Shown here piece by piece: positions 48,969 through 59,537 of a DNA stretch of 64,000 nt (the first letter of the stretch is position 1; each line of letters opens with the position of its first letter). The stretch is from an uncultured Chloroflexia bacterium (GTDB lineage: Bacteria; Chloroflexota; Dehalococcoidia; UBA2247; RBG-13-53-26). Location: contig CAVRFM010000015.1 of NCBI GenBank assembly GCA_963720375.1, forward strand, positions 39,988-103,987. The letters run 5' to 3'. The notes under the pieces were generated by a model. The model ran no database searches. It had not been told where the DNA came from and worked only from the letters and a program-made list of their open reading frames with translations. The translations under genes were made by a program, and so were the position numbers.

Positions 48969-50261
48969 GTGAAGAAAAGCATCGGCATCGGGTTGATGGG
49001 GCTTGGGGTGGTAGGCGGAGGGGTAGCCAAGGCCTTCTTGGAAAAGGACAGGACTATAACTGAGGAGGTAGGCCGCCCGCTCGTGCTGAGGAAAGTCCTG
49101 GTCCGCGATCTGGTAAAGTCACGTTCAGCGCAGGTGGACTCTCGCCTTCTCACCCTTGATCCGCGGGAGATCCTGGCTGACCCGGAGATAGATATTGTGA
49201 TCGAGGTTATCGGGGGCGAGCACCCGGCGTTGGAGTACATTAGGGAAGCACTGTTGAATGGCAAGCACGTGGTGACTGCAAACAAGGAAGTAATTGCCAA
49301 GCATGGGATGGAGCTTCTGGGAGTTGCCCAAGAGAAGGGATTATCCCTCCTTTACGAGGCTAGCGTAGGTGGAGGAATTCCGTTGTTGCTTCCTCTTCAG
49401 CACGGCCTGCTGGCTAATGAGATAACCACGATATATGCCATCATCAATGGAACTACGAACTATATTCTTACCAGGATGTCCAGTGAAGGGGTAGACTTCA
49501 ACACTGCACTGAAGAAGGCTCAGGAGCTGGGTTATGCCGAGGCAGATGCTTCTAACGATATTGAGGGGAGAGATGCTGCCTATAAGCTGGCTATCCTGGC
49601 TACCGTTGTTTTTCATACTGATGTTCGCCCTGAGGATGTTTACTGCCAGGGTATTGCCCGTCTGTGCGAGTCAGACTTTCGCTATGCCAAGGAACTGGGT
49701 TATGAGATAAAGCTCTTGGCTATTGCAAAGCAGGGGGGTGGGGTGGTTGAGGTTAGAGTACACCCCGTCTTCATTCCGGCGGAATCTCTCTTGGCTAAGG
49801 TGGGCGGAGTCTATAATGCTGTGCAGATAGAGGGTGACTTGGTAGGCGAGGTGATTTTCTACGGCAGGGGAGCTGGCGCCCAGCCCACGGCCAGTGCAGT
49901 CATTTCAGATGTCATCGCTATTGGACAGGCCGTAAGTTCAGCGAAGAAGGGCTCTGTACAGCCGAGGCCACTCCGGCCGAAGGCCATCAAGCCCATTTCA
50001 GAACTGGAGACCTGCTACTATCTCAGGATGAGCATTGCCGATCGCCCCGGCGTTCTCGCCCAGATAGCCAAAATACTCGGCGATCGCTCTATCAGCATTG
50101 CTTCCGTCATACAGAAAGAGGCGAATGCTGCCACTCAAACGGCGGAGATAGTGATCATGACTCATCCGGCTCGAGAGCGATTCATGCAGCAATCCTTAAA
50201 CGACATGGGAAAGCTTCCCGCTGTTAAGGAAATATGTAATCTTATCAGAGTTGAAGGGTAG
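48969..50261 (+). CDS. hom: Homoserine dehydrogenase with a C-terminal ACT domain
   Basis: GLMGLGVVGGGV NAD-binding motif, catalytic domain and ACT domain. Confidence 0.9.
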   Translation: MKKSIGIGLMGLGVVGGGVAKAFLEKDRTITEEVGRPLVLRKVLVRDLVKSRSAQVDSRLLTLDPREILADPEIDIVIEVIGGEHPALEYIREALLNGKHVVTANKEVIAKHGMELLGVAQEKGLSLLYEASVGGGIPLLLPLQHGLLANEITTIYAIINGTTNYILTRMSSEGVDFNTALKKAQELGYAEADASNDIEGRDAAYKLAILATVVFHTDVRPEDVYCQGIARLCESDFRYAKELGYEIKLLAIAKQGGGVVEVRVHPVFIPAESLLAKVGGVYNAVQIEGDLVGEVIFYGRGAGAQPTASAVISDVIAIGQAVSSAKKGSVQPRPLRPKAIKPISELETCYYLRMSIADRPGVLAQIAKILGDRSISIASVIQKEANAATQTAEIVIMTHPARERFMQQSLNDMGKLPAVKEICNLIRVEG

Positions 50262-50272
50262 GTGGTTATCGA

Positions 50273-50479
50273 ATGGCGTCTTGGATTTCGGGAGTCATTG
50301 TCACTGGTGAGATAGAGTGTGGTGGATGTGGCAGGGTTATGAGACACCCTGAGAGGTATGCTTATGTCTCTGAGGACGAGAAACCGGTATTGCGTCTGTG
50401 CGAAAAGTGTTCTTGGGCCAGGGGATATTTGAAGCAGAGAAAGGATGAGAAGGGGCGCGAGATAGAGACTTTTCTCTGA
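50273..50479 (+). CDS. Small zinc-ribbon protein between hom and thrC
   Basis: CGGCG...CEKC pairs. 68 aa. Confidence 0.4.
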   Translation: MASWISGVIVTGEIECGGCGRVMRHPERYAYVSEDEKPVLRLCEKCSWARGYLKQRKDEKGREIETFL

Positions 50480-50482
50480 TGG

Positions 50483-51541
50483 ATGGAGATAATGGGCGTT
50501 GGTGTATTAGTCAAGTACAGCCATTTACTCCCTGTTACTCCTGCTACTCCTCGTATTAGCCTGGGTGAAGGGGATACTCCCCTGGTCAGGTCGCAGAACC
50601 TGGAGAAGGAGATAGGGTGCGGGGAGTTATATTTCAAACTGGAAGGGTGCAACCCTACCGGCTCCTTCAAGGATCGTGGTATGGTGGTGGCAGTGGCCAA
50701 AGCGCTGGAGGCGAAGAGTTCGGCCATTATCTGTGCTTCTACGGGAAACACCAGTGCCTCAGCAGCGGCCTACGGGGCGCGGTGCGGGCTCAACACCATC
50801 ATTGTAGTTCCCAAAGGGAATATCGCTTTAGGTAAACTGGCCCAGGCCATAGTGTATGGTGCCAGGATAGTGGCCATCGGCGGCAACTTTGACCAGGCCC
50901 TGGACATAGTGCGCACATTGGTGGAGAGGCACCCTGTCACTCTGGTCAATTCAGTTAACCCTTATCGTATTGAGGGACAGAAGACAGCTGCGTTTGAAGT
51001 CGTTGACGTCCTGGGTGAGGCTCCTGATTACCTGTTTATCCCGGTTGGCAATGCCGGCAATATCACCGCCTATTGGAAGGGATTTGTGGAATATCATCGG
51101 GCGGGCAAAGCCAGACAGACTCCGAAGATGATGGGATTCGAGGCGGAAGGGGCGGCGCCCATAGTCAGGGGCGAGAAGATTGCCCATCCTGAGACGGTGG
51201 CCACAGCAATACGTATCGGCAATCCGGCCAGTTGGAAGGGGGCGGTGGCAGCCCGGGATGAGTCCGGGGGCATTATTGACTGCGTGAGCGATAACGAGAT
51301 TCTGGCAGCATATCACCGCATGGCTACCAAAGAGGGTGTCTTTGGTGAACCGGCGTCGGCAGCTTCTGTCGCCGGTCTCATTAAGTGGGCCCCTCGCCTG
51401 GATTTATCGGGGAAAAGGGTGGTCTGTGTAGTGACCGGCAGCGGCCTGAAAGACCCGGACACTGCTATGAAAGGCGCTCCCTCTTTTGTAGAGGTGCCCC
51501 CTGAACTTGACAAGATAGAAAAGGCTCTTGGCTGGGGTTGA
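50483..51541 (+). CDS. thrC: Threonine synthase
   Basis: [13 protein letters not shown]-lysine motif. Follows hom. Confidence 0.9.
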   Translation: MEIMGVGVLVKYSHLLPVTPATPRISLGEGDTPLVRSQNLEKEIGCGELYFKLEGCNPTGSFKDRGMVVAVAKALEAKSSAIICASTGNTSASAAAYGARCGLNTIIVVPKGNIALGKLAQAIVYGARIVAIGGNFDQALDIVRTLVERHPVTLVNSVNPYRIEGQKTAAFEVVDVLGEAPDYLFIPVGNAGNITAYWKGFVEYHRAGKARQTPKMMGFEAEGAAPIVRGEKIAHPETVATAIRIGNPASWKGAVAARDESGGIIDCVSDNEILAAYHRMATKEGVFGEPASAASVAGLIKWAPRLDLSGKRVVCVVTGSGLKDPDTAMKGAPSFVEVPPELDKIEKALGWG

Positions 51542-51722
51542 AGCGCTGTCAGTAGATAGGGCTCTCTGCCCGGAATACTTCAATGGTCAAGGGCACCATA
51601 TTCTAAGGCCAGGAGAAATATTGGAGTCATACTGGTCCTTGCCTTGAATTGATGGCTATACAACCTTCTCTTGAAGCATATCCACTATTCTCTCTTCAGT
51701 CATTTCTGCGTGAGGAACTGCC

Positions 51723-52895
51723 ATGATTAAGCTGGCGCTGAGGAACCTCACCAGGCGGCGCACCCGAACCCTGCTCACCATTCTGGGTGTGGCTGTGGCC
51801 ATTACTTTTACTGTTGGCCTGCTGAGCATCACTGAAGGCTTTATGAACAGCTTTAATCAAACAACCAGGGAACGGGAGGAGGATATCTATGTCTTGCCCA
51901 GGCAGGCAGGAGGCAGCACCAGCCCTCTGCTTGAGTCCACTGGGGCAGTATTTCCTCAAGCCTACGTCGACGATATTCAGAAAATCGATAATGTGAAGGC
52001 TGTCTATCCTATATATACCCGCTCCATCTACCTTGGAGATGCTTCCGACTCCCTGATGGGGGATGTTGTTGTGCTAAATGGGGTGACTCCGCAGTTCCTG
52101 CCCGACCTCAGGCCTTCCCTGGAACTTGAGGACGGGAGACTTTTCGAAGAGGGGGAAGACGGTACCATTGTAGTTGGCGCGGCGGTGGCTGAGGCTCAGG
52201 GGCTGAAAGTGGGGGATACCTTTCCTCTCGGGGTGGAAGGCTACGAAATCAAGATAGTCGGCATTCTCAAGTCCACCGGCGGCTTTGAGGATATGATTGC
52301 CTATGCACCCCTTCAAGATGTGCAATTGGCACTAAATGAGACGGGCCGCATCACCAGCGCCGCAGTGACTGTAAGGGACCGGGACAAGACTAAGGAGACA
52401 GCCGATGCGATCACTGCTCTTCATCCAGAGGACATTGTAGGTCGGACAACCGAGGAACTGGCGGGGGTGGTGAGGAACCTCTTGTCCATGGCCCGTGCCA
52501 TCCACCTCAGTGTGGCCTCTATTGCCTTGCTCATAGGCGTTCTGTTTATCCTCTCTACTATGCTGATGGCTGTAAGCGAGCGGACGAAGGAAATAGGCAC
52601 CATGAGGGCAATGGGTGTGCGCCGAGCGACCATATTCCGGCTCATTATTACGGAATCACTGATTACCTGCATCATAGCGGGAGGACTGGGCTGCCTGGGA
52701 GGCGTTGGCCTGTCCAAGGTGATAACCTGGGCCATACACCGGTTTGCCGGTGTGGCCTTCCTCCAGGCTGTGGTCAGCCCCGGTATCTTTGGTGCTGGGC
52801 TGTTGATCGCTGTGCTCATCGGGGCCCTGGCTGGCCTTTATCCTGCCTGGAGGATCTCTAAGATAAACATAGTGGAGGCCCTCAGATATGAGTGA
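51723..52895 (+). CDS. ABC transporter permease, FtsX/MacB-type
   Basis: N-terminal TM helix, large periplasmic domain and a C-terminal FtsX 3-TM bundle. Confidence 0.85.
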   Translation: MIKLALRNLTRRRTRTLLTILGVAVAITFTVGLLSITEGFMNSFNQTTREREEDIYVLPRQAGGSTSPLLESTGAVFPQAYVDDIQKIDNVKAVYPIYTRSIYLGDASDSLMGDVVVLNGVTPQFLPDLRPSLELEDGRLFEEGEDGTIVVGAAVAEAQGLKVGDTFPLGVEGYEIKIVGILKSTGGFEDMIAYAPLQDVQLALNETGRITSAAVTVRDRDKTKETADAITALHPEDIVGRTTEELAGVVRNLLSMARAIHLSVASIALLIGVLFILSTMLMAVSERTKEIGTMRAMGVRRATIFRLIITESLITCIIAGGLGCLGGVGLSKVITWAIHRFAGVAFLQAVVSPGIFGAGLLIAVLIGALAGLYPAWRISKINIVEALRYE

Positions 52896-53562
52896 TGCGA
52901 TAGTAGAGGTCACTCACCTGTCAAAGGTGTACATGATGGGTGGTGAGGAGATCAGAGCTGTTGACAATGTTGACCTGATGATAAACAAGGGAGACTTTGT
53001 CAGTGTCATGGGTCCCTCTGGCTCCGGCAAGACGACCCTCCTCAACCTCATTGGCTGCATAGATCACCCCACTGGCGGGGCAATACGCTTTGAAGGTCAG
53101 GATGTATCGGAGTTGAAGGAGACCAGGTTGGACCGTCTGCGGATGAGGAAGATCGGTTTTGTCTTTCAGAGCTTCAACCTTATGCCCATAATGACAGCGC
53201 TGGAGAACGTGATGTTTCCTATGGAGATGGCTGGGGTTCCCAAAAAGGAGCAGATAAAGCGCGCCACCGAGTTGCTGGAGTGGGTTGGATTGCCCAAAAG
53301 GCTGCACCATAGGCCGCGGGAACTGAGCGCCGGGGAGAATCAGCGGGTTGGCATAGCCCGGGCTCTGGCCAATAACCCGGTAATATTGCTGGCTGACGAG
53401 CCAACCGGGAATCTTGACTCTAAGACTACGAAAGAGGTTGGCCTTTTGTTCAGACGCGTGAACAGTGAATACGGCATGTCTATTATGCTGATCACCCATA
53501 ATGAGACAGTGGCTGAGATAGCCAGCCGGTCTCTCAAGATGAGGGATGGGCGGATAATCTAA
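52888..53562 (+). CDS. ABC transporter ATP-binding protein (MacB/LolD-type)
   Basis: Walker [10 protein letters not shown], signature LSAGENQR and Walker [13 protein letters not shown]. Confidence 0.9.
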   Translation: MSDAIVEVTHLSKVYMMGGEEIRAVDNVDLMINKGDFVSVMGPSGSGKTTLLNLIGCIDHPTGGAIRFEGQDVSELKETRLDRLRMRKIGFVFQSFNLMPIMTALENVMFPMEMAGVPKKEQIKRATELLEWVGLPKRLHHRPRELSAGENQRVGIARALANNPVILLADEPTGNLDSKTTKEVGLLFRRVNSEYGMSIMLITHNETVAEIASRSLKMRDGRII

Positions 53563-53579
53563 AGTGCAGGGAGGGCGAT

Positions 53580-54146
53580 ATGGTTGACCAGGCCAAAATT
53601 GAGCGGGCAGTTATCTCTATTATTGAGGCCATCGGCGAGAACCCGAAGCGGGAGGGTATGGTGGGCACGCCGCAGCGCGTTGCGGAAATGTATGCTGAGC
53701 TCTTCAGTGGCATCGACAAAGACCCCAAGCAGGAACTGGTGACTGGCTTTGGCGAGGGACATCGGGAAATGGTGATAGTAAAAGACATTCCTTTCTATTC
53801 TCTCTGTGAGCACCACCTTCTGCCCTTTTATGGCTCGGCCCATGTTGGTTACATTCCCAATGTCAATGGTCGGGTCGTCGGTGCCAGCAAGCTGGCCCGG
53901 GTGGTGGAGATAGTGGCGCATCGGCCCCAAATCCAGGAGCGCATGACCACCCAGATCGCTGAGGCCATTGTCGAGGCTCTCCAACCGGATGGGGTGGCAG
54001 TGGTCATCGAGGCGGAGCACCTCTGTATGATCATGCGCGGGATAAAGAAGCCTGGGAGCAACATCGTCACCTCGGCCAATCGGGGCGTCTTTCGGCGCAA
54101 AGCAGCCACCAGGGCCGAATTCCTCTCGCTGATAGCGCGGAAGTAG
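53580..54146 (+). CDS. folE: GTP cyclohydrolase I
   Basis: CEHHLLPF and HLCM motifs. Confidence 0.92.
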   Translation: MVDQAKIERAVISIIEAIGENPKREGMVGTPQRVAEMYAELFSGIDKDPKQELVTGFGEGHREMVIVKDIPFYSLCEHHLLPFYGSAHVGYIPNVNGRVVGASKLARVVEIVAHRPQIQERMTTQIAEAIVEALQPDGVAVVIEAEHLCMIMRGIKKPGSNIVTSANRGVFRRKAATRAEFLSLIARK

Positions 54147-54271
54147 GTATCTCGGCTGAGAAAGTTGGTCTCTCAGCACGACGCTATATCTCACAACTGG
54201 CCTGGCACTGCTTATCTTCTTATCCGTAGAACTCGGTGGCATGACATCGGATAGCGTGATACTATCTAGAT

Positions 54272-55117
54272 ATGGACTCTATGATTGAAACTATCAAGAG
54301 GCGTGTCTCCGTCAGAACATATTTGGATCAGCCGATCGAAGCGGAAAAGAAGCGAAGAATAATCGATTTGCTTCATTCAAGCCACAAAGGTCCGTTCGGT
54401 CACGGAGTGAGATTTGAACTCGTTGATTTCTCGGAGATGGAGAGGAGTGAGATCAAGACGCTTGGAACCTATGGGTTTATCAGCGGGGCGAACTCATTCA
54501 TCGTGGGCGCCATCAAAGAAGATGTGGGAGCAATGGAGGATCTTGGGTATTGCTTTGAGAGAGTGATACTGGTGGCGACCTCTCTGGATTTAGGAACATG
54601 CTGGATGGGCGGCACATTCAAGCGAGCCAATTTCGCTAAGAAGATAAACGTCTCAGATGACGAAGTTGTTCCCGCGATCAGCCCGATTGGGTATGCACAT
54701 GACAAAAGGACTGTCAGAGAAAGGGTGCTCAGGCGCTTTGCCGGATCCGACCAGCGAAAGCCCTGGGAGCAACTGTTCTTTGATGGAGATATGAATACCC
54801 CTCTGGCGAGAGACTCAGCAGGCAAATATGCTCTGGTGCTTGATTGTGTGAGGCTGGGACCTTCCGCATCAAACAACCAGCCGTGGCGAATTGCCAAACA
54901 GAAAGACCGGGCTGCCTTTCACTTCTATCTGAAACGGACGAGGGGTTACGATAAGCTCTTGAGGGGCATAGACCTTCAACGTGTGGATATGGGGATTGCC
55001 ATGTGCCACTTCGAGCTTGCGGCCAGAGAGACGGGCCTCACCGGGAGATGGGTGGTGGCGAAACCTGATCTGGACGTGGGAAATGCCGAGTATATCCTGA
55101 GCTGGACGGAATCATGA
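54272..55117 (+). CDS. Nitroreductase-family protein
   Basis: KRRVSVRTY N-terminus typical of the nitroreductase fold. Confidence 0.7.
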   Translation: MDSMIETIKRRVSVRTYLDQPIEAEKKRRIIDLLHSSHKGPFGHGVRFELVDFSEMERSEIKTLGTYGFISGANSFIVGAIKEDVGAMEDLGYCFERVILVATSLDLGTCWMGGTFKRANFAKKINVSDDEVVPAISPIGYAHDKRTVRERVLRRFAGSDQRKPWEQLFFDGDMNTPLARDSAGKYALVLDCVRLGPSASNNQPWRIAKQKDRAAFHFYLKRTRGYDKLLRGIDLQRVDMGIAMCHFELAARETGLTGRWVVAKPDLDVGNAEYILSWTES

Positions 55118-55146
55118 CCGATGTCGTTCGAGTTGAGGGGCTCACC

Positions 55147-56011
55147 TCATATATGCAAAGAGAGGTTGTGAAGAATCCGGCTGACTGTCTCAGCGCGGTT
55201 AAGCGTATAGAAATGGAAGAAGCGGACTCCGTTTTGCCATAGATCTTCGCACTGCCTGGTGGCGAATTCTATGCCCATTCCCTCAACTTCATCCGGGGAA
55301 CTGGCGTTCTCCATCCGCTGGATGAGCGTAGTCGGCAGCGTCGCCCCGCAGGTCTTCGTAAACCGCTTTATCTTTGCCACATCTGTTATGGGCATAATGC
55401 CCGGGATAATCGGAATCCGAATCCCGACTGCCCCTGCCTTTTCCATAAGATTGTAGAAGAAGCGGTTGTCGAAGAACATCTGAGTGATGGCAAAGTCGGC
55501 TCCTGCTTCGATCTTCTGCTTGGTGTAGAGCAGGTCACTCTCAATACTGGAGGCCTCGAGGTGCCCTTCAGGATACACAGCGATCCCTATGGAGAATGCC
55601 TTGAAGGACGCTGCCAGCTTCACCACGTCAATGCCGTGGCGGCTGGTGACATCGGCGGTCACCCCCGGCTCCCCCTCCGGGAGATCTCCTCTGAGCGCGA
55701 GAATATTCTCCACGCCCAATTCCTGATAGTCTCGTAGCATACTCCTCAAGCCCTCATCGCTTTCACCGATACAGGTCACGTGTGGCATCGGGCTGAGGGC
55801 GGTTTCCTGCACGATCCGTTCTACCACATGTCTCGGTATTCTTGCGGGTACTGCCCCCGGCTCCATAGGTTACGGAGACGAAACCGGGCTTGAAGGCCTG
55901 TAACCTTCGAATAGTATCAAAAAGCTGCTTTTCACCCGCCTCCGTCTTCGGCGGGAAAAACTCAAATGAAATACCCTTGTTCTGATGCTCAAGAATATGC
56001 TTTATTCTCAT
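55147..56011 (-). pseudogene. metF: 5,10-methylenetetrahydrofolate reductase MetF, split by one frameshift near 55830-55836 (ORFs 55763..56011 and 55147..55866)
   Basis: ORF1 gives FEFFPPKT...[16 protein letters not shown] then nonsense. The other frame continues [22 protein letters not shown] and the rest of the MetF TIM barrel. Confidence 0.85.
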
Positions 56012-56099
56012 GTTCAGCCCGCAGCGTGTGTTATGGCAATCTTGAGGAGTGCTCCGGCTTTTCGGTGTGGGTAAGTTAAGTTTGGTGAACCATTTTGGT

Positions 56100-56133
56100 C
56101 AATAGACAGAACCCGAGAGATGGTTCTCTCGGA
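56100..56133 (-). terminator. Candidate intrinsic terminator after the 56178..56885 gene: CCGAGAGAACCATCTCTCGG hairpin followed by GTTCTGTCTATT on the minus strand
   Basis: Perfect 8-bp stem with a 4-nt loop. The downstream tract is only partly T-rich. Confidence 0.4.
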
Positions 56134-56177
56134 TCTTGTTGACAACGCCAGGGAGCTTCGGGGAGAAGGTCGGCTCC

Positions 56178-56885
56178 TTAGCGTAAGCCCTCTACCTCCT
56201 GCTTGTATTCATCGAGTAACTGGTTATATTGAGAGTCCAGGTGGGCTATGGTTCTGTGCCACTCTTCCTGGAATTGCGGCTGGCTCTCTATATTGACCTT
56301 TGTTCCGGGCGGCAGGCCCTGCTGCTGTAAGGCTTGCTGTATCCTCATCTGAAAGTCCTGTTTTAGCATCTCATAGGCCTGCCTTCTCTGCTGCTCTCCC
56401 TCTTGCGCGTAGTGATCAAAAACACGTCTCATTTTGCTGTAGATGTTCTCCAGGGCGCCCTTATCCCTTTTAATGGCCTTAAGGGCCTCCATGGCTTTCT
56501 TCGTGGTTTTCTTGGCAGGCTCATTCGCGGGGAGGGTTATATTTCTCAGCAAAACCTCCTCTGCTCCTTTGGCAACAAAGCGTCTCTCCTCTTCCTTGAA
56601 TTTTCCTAGCTCGGCGACCAGGTTGATGTCCTCTTTGAAATACTTTACCGCCAGTTTTTGCCCCTCAGGCATATACTTCCATTGCATAACCTCATCTTTT
56701 GATGGCTCTCCGAGGTTCGCTATCCTCTCCATCGCTCTCTCAGACGCGCTCTTGATGTCATCCATGGTGTCCTCCGGCCAGTCAGATTTCTTTGTGTAGT
56801 GTTTGATATTATACCAGTTTCCGTGAGAGTGCTGTGCTGGGGCGTGGTATTTGTGCTTATGGGCCTGTGGGGTATTGCATTGCAC
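56178..56885 (-). CDS. Hypothetical Gln/Glu/Lys-rich coiled-coil-like protein (235 aa)
   Basis: ORF with a His-rich N-terminus and a Q/E/K-rich remainder. No recognisable motif. Confidence 0.5.
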   Translation of the reverse strand: MQCNTPQAHKHKYHAPAQHSHGNWYNIKHYTKKSDWPEDTMDDIKSASERAMERIANLGEPSKDEVMQWKYMPEGQKLAVKYFKEDINLVAELGKFKEEERRFVAKGAEEVLLRNITLPANEPAKKTTKKAMEALKAIKRDKGALENIYSKMRRVFDHYAQEGEQQRRQAYEMLKQDFQMRIQQALQQQGLPPGTKVNIESQPQFQEEWHRTIAHLDSQYNQLLDEYKQEVEGLR

Positions 56886-57124
56886 AGATCATGGTATCGT
56901 CCTGGTTACTGCGCACAGGCGTTGTCCCAGGGAAAAGCCATCTGATATAATTGTGTCGCTCAGGAGATGATGCATCGCTGCGGAATGGATAGAAGGGCGT
57001 ACTCTTATCCCTGCGTCGGAGTTGCAGGTTATCCTGCGCTCAGGAGCTAGGGCCCGCACGATCTGGCTGCTAGCTTATCCCGCTGTTAGAGTAAGCCGTT
57101 TCCTCTGAAATCAGGAGAAATACT

Positions 57125-58682
57125 TTGAAGGTTGTTACCAGCGAGCAGATGCGAGAGATCGAGCAGCGTGCTGCTGCCATAGGTCTGCCCTCTGAAGTGC
57201 TGATGGAAAAGGCCGGGTTGGCTGTGGCACGGGAGGTGAAAGGGTGGCTGGGTGGTGTTGCCGGACGCCGTATCCTGGTTCTGGTAGGCCCGGGGAATAA
57301 CGGTGGTGATGGGTTGGTAGCTGCCCGGCACCTGCACGATTGGGGGGCCGACGTTTATCTCTACTTCCCGGGAAAGCGTGCGGATTCCGATATCAATTAT
57401 CAGCTTACTCAGAGGAGGGGCATTCATACCCTGTCAGCCATCCAGCGCGATAGTTCGGCTGCCCTCGATAGTCTGCTGCCGTCAATAGAGGTGGTTGTCG
57501 ATGCCCTGTTCGGTACCGGCAAGACGCGACCCATAGAGGGTGTTTTCAAACAGGCATTGTTGAAGAGTGATGGAGGCGAAGGAAAGGAATAGAAATCTCC
57601 GGCTTGTTGCCGTTGATCTTCCTTCGGGACTTAATGCAGATACAGGGGCCGTCGATGCTGCTTGCCCTGCCGCCGATTTTACTGTGACGCTTGGTTATCC
57701 CAAGCATGGGTTGTTTGCTTTCCCCGGTGCGGGTAAGGTTGGCAGGCTTGTTGTGGCTGATATTGGCATACCGTCAAAGCTGGCAGAGGATATTCCCACA
57801 GAGGTGGTTACCCGCGAGAAGGTAAGAGGGTTGCTTCCGGAGCGCCCGCCGAATGCCAATAAGGGTACCTTCGGCAGGATTCTTGTAGTCGGCGGCTCAA
57901 TCAATTACATCGGCGCAGTCTATCTTGCCTGCACCGCCGCTGCCAGGGTGGGGGTGGGACTGGTGACGCTCGCCACTGCTCGCAGCCTTCAGCCTATCCT
58001 GGCTTCGAAGCTGACAGAGGTGATCTATGCTCCATTGCCGGAATCAGAGCCGGGCATTGTGACGGCTGATGCGTTTGAAACCATTCGGCCATCACTGGCT
58101 AACTATAATGTCCTTCTCCTGGGTTGTGGCTCCGGACAAAGTCGATCTGTGGCTGAATTCATAAGATCAGTCTTTTCTTTGGCCGACTTGCCTGCCCTGG
58201 TTCTTGATGCTGATGCCCTCAACGCATTGGCTGGGATATCCCAATGGTGGCAGAAGCTGCCTTGCGATGCTGTGCTCACCCCGCATCCTGGGGAAATGGC
58301 GAGGCTCACTGGACTCTCTGTGGATGAAATCCAGTCCAGGCGGCTGAGCGTGGCCAGGGAGGCAGCCGTTTCATGGCAGAAAACCATCGTGCTCAAAGGG
58401 GCCTATACTATAGTGGCTGCGCCGGATGGCAGGACGGTGATCAACCCTACAGCGAACCCGGGGCTGGCTTCAGCAGGGACTGGAGATGTGCTCGCCGGAG
58501 CGATCGCCGGACTGGCAGCTCAGGGGCTCAGCCTCTTCGATGCTGCTATTGCAGGGGTATTCCTTCACAGCCAGGCCGGGGAGCTGGTGAGAAAGGATCT
58601 GGGGGATGCGGGAATGCTGGCCAGCGACCTTTTGCCTGTTCTGCCGGTAGTTATCAGCAGGCTCAAGGATGATTCTCTATGA
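57125..58682 (+). pseudogene. nnr: Bifunctional NAD(P)H-hydrate repair enzyme Nnr (YjeF-N epimerase plus YjeF-C dehydratase), split into ORFs 57125..57592 and 57567..58682 by an apparent frameshift near 57560-57590
   Basis: ORF1 ends DALFGTGKTRPIEG.... ORF2 starts in another frame with ...LRLVAVDLPSGLNADTG, the end of the epimerase domain, and runs through the carbohydrate-kinase-like dehydratase domain. The ORFs overlap by 26 nt. Confidence 0.75.
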
Positions 58683-58707
58683 AGTGGGGCTAATCGGAGG
58701 GTAACAG

Positions 58708-59475
58708 ATGCTATTAGCTATTGACATTGGAAACTCCAAGGTTGCCTACGGTATCTTCGATGGCGGGAAACTGAAGACCCACCTCTCTATAGCCACTGGT
58801 ATTCACCGCTCGTCGGACGAGTATGCTTCTTTGTTGATCAATCTGTTGCCTTACCACGGTGTGACCAAGGATGACATAAAAGAGGCCATTATGTGCAGTG
58901 TGGTGCCTCCCCTGGTTACTGTGTTTGAAGAGCTCTGCCAGCGTTATCTCGGGGTAAAGTTGCTGGTAGTGGAGCCGGGGCTAAAGACTGGAGTACGTAT
59001 CAATATGGACAATCCCCGGGAGGTTGGGGCGGATCGGATAGTCAACGCGGCCGCTGCGTATCGACTCTACGGTGGGCCGGCGATTGTCATTGATATGGGC
59101 ACCGCCACTACCTTCGACGTTATTTCTGAGGACGGCACTTATCTTGGCGGAGCTATAGCGCCTGGTATGGAGACAGCTACGGAAGCGCTATTCACCCGTA
59201 CGGCCAGGTTGCCTCGAATAGAGCTGGTGCGTCCCCCAAATGCCATTGGCAAGAGCACGGTTGCCGCCATGCAGTCAGGGGTCATTTTCGGCTACGTTGG
59301 GATGGTTGAAGGTCTGGTGGGTCGCCTCAGCCGGGAGTTGGGGGGGAAGGCCAAAGTGATTGCCACCGGCGGCTATGCGGATGTCATTGCCAGTGAGACG
59401 AAGGTAATAGAGGTGGTAAACCGTCATCTGACCCTGCTCGGGCTGCAGTTGATTTACGACTTGAATCAGTCCTGA
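58708..59475 (+). CDS. coaX: Type III pantothenate kinase
   Basis: LLAIDIGNS N-terminus. ASKHA fold. Confidence 0.9.
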   Translation: MLLAIDIGNSKVAYGIFDGGKLKTHLSIATGIHRSSDEYASLLINLLPYHGVTKDDIKEAIMCSVVPPLVTVFEELCQRYLGVKLLVVEPGLKTGVRINMDNPREVGADRIVNAAAAYRLYGGPAIVIDMGTATTFDVISEDGTYLGGAIAPGMETATEALFTRTARLPRIELVRPPNAIGKSTVAAMQSGVIFGYVGMVEGLVGRLSRELGGKAKVIATGGYADVIASETKVIEVVNRHLTLLGLQLIYDLNQS

Positions 59476-59537
59476 CCCTGTCGCACCAAGGGATTCAGAG
59501 ATTGAAAGTGTAGCGTTTTCAGCATCATTAGGTTAAT

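Noticed and set aside
56012-56177. SAM riboswitch (S-box) leader upstream of metF
   Set aside because: The leader lacks the conserved S-box helices and motifs by eye. Only a simple hairpin is present, which is reported as a possible terminator of the upstream gene.
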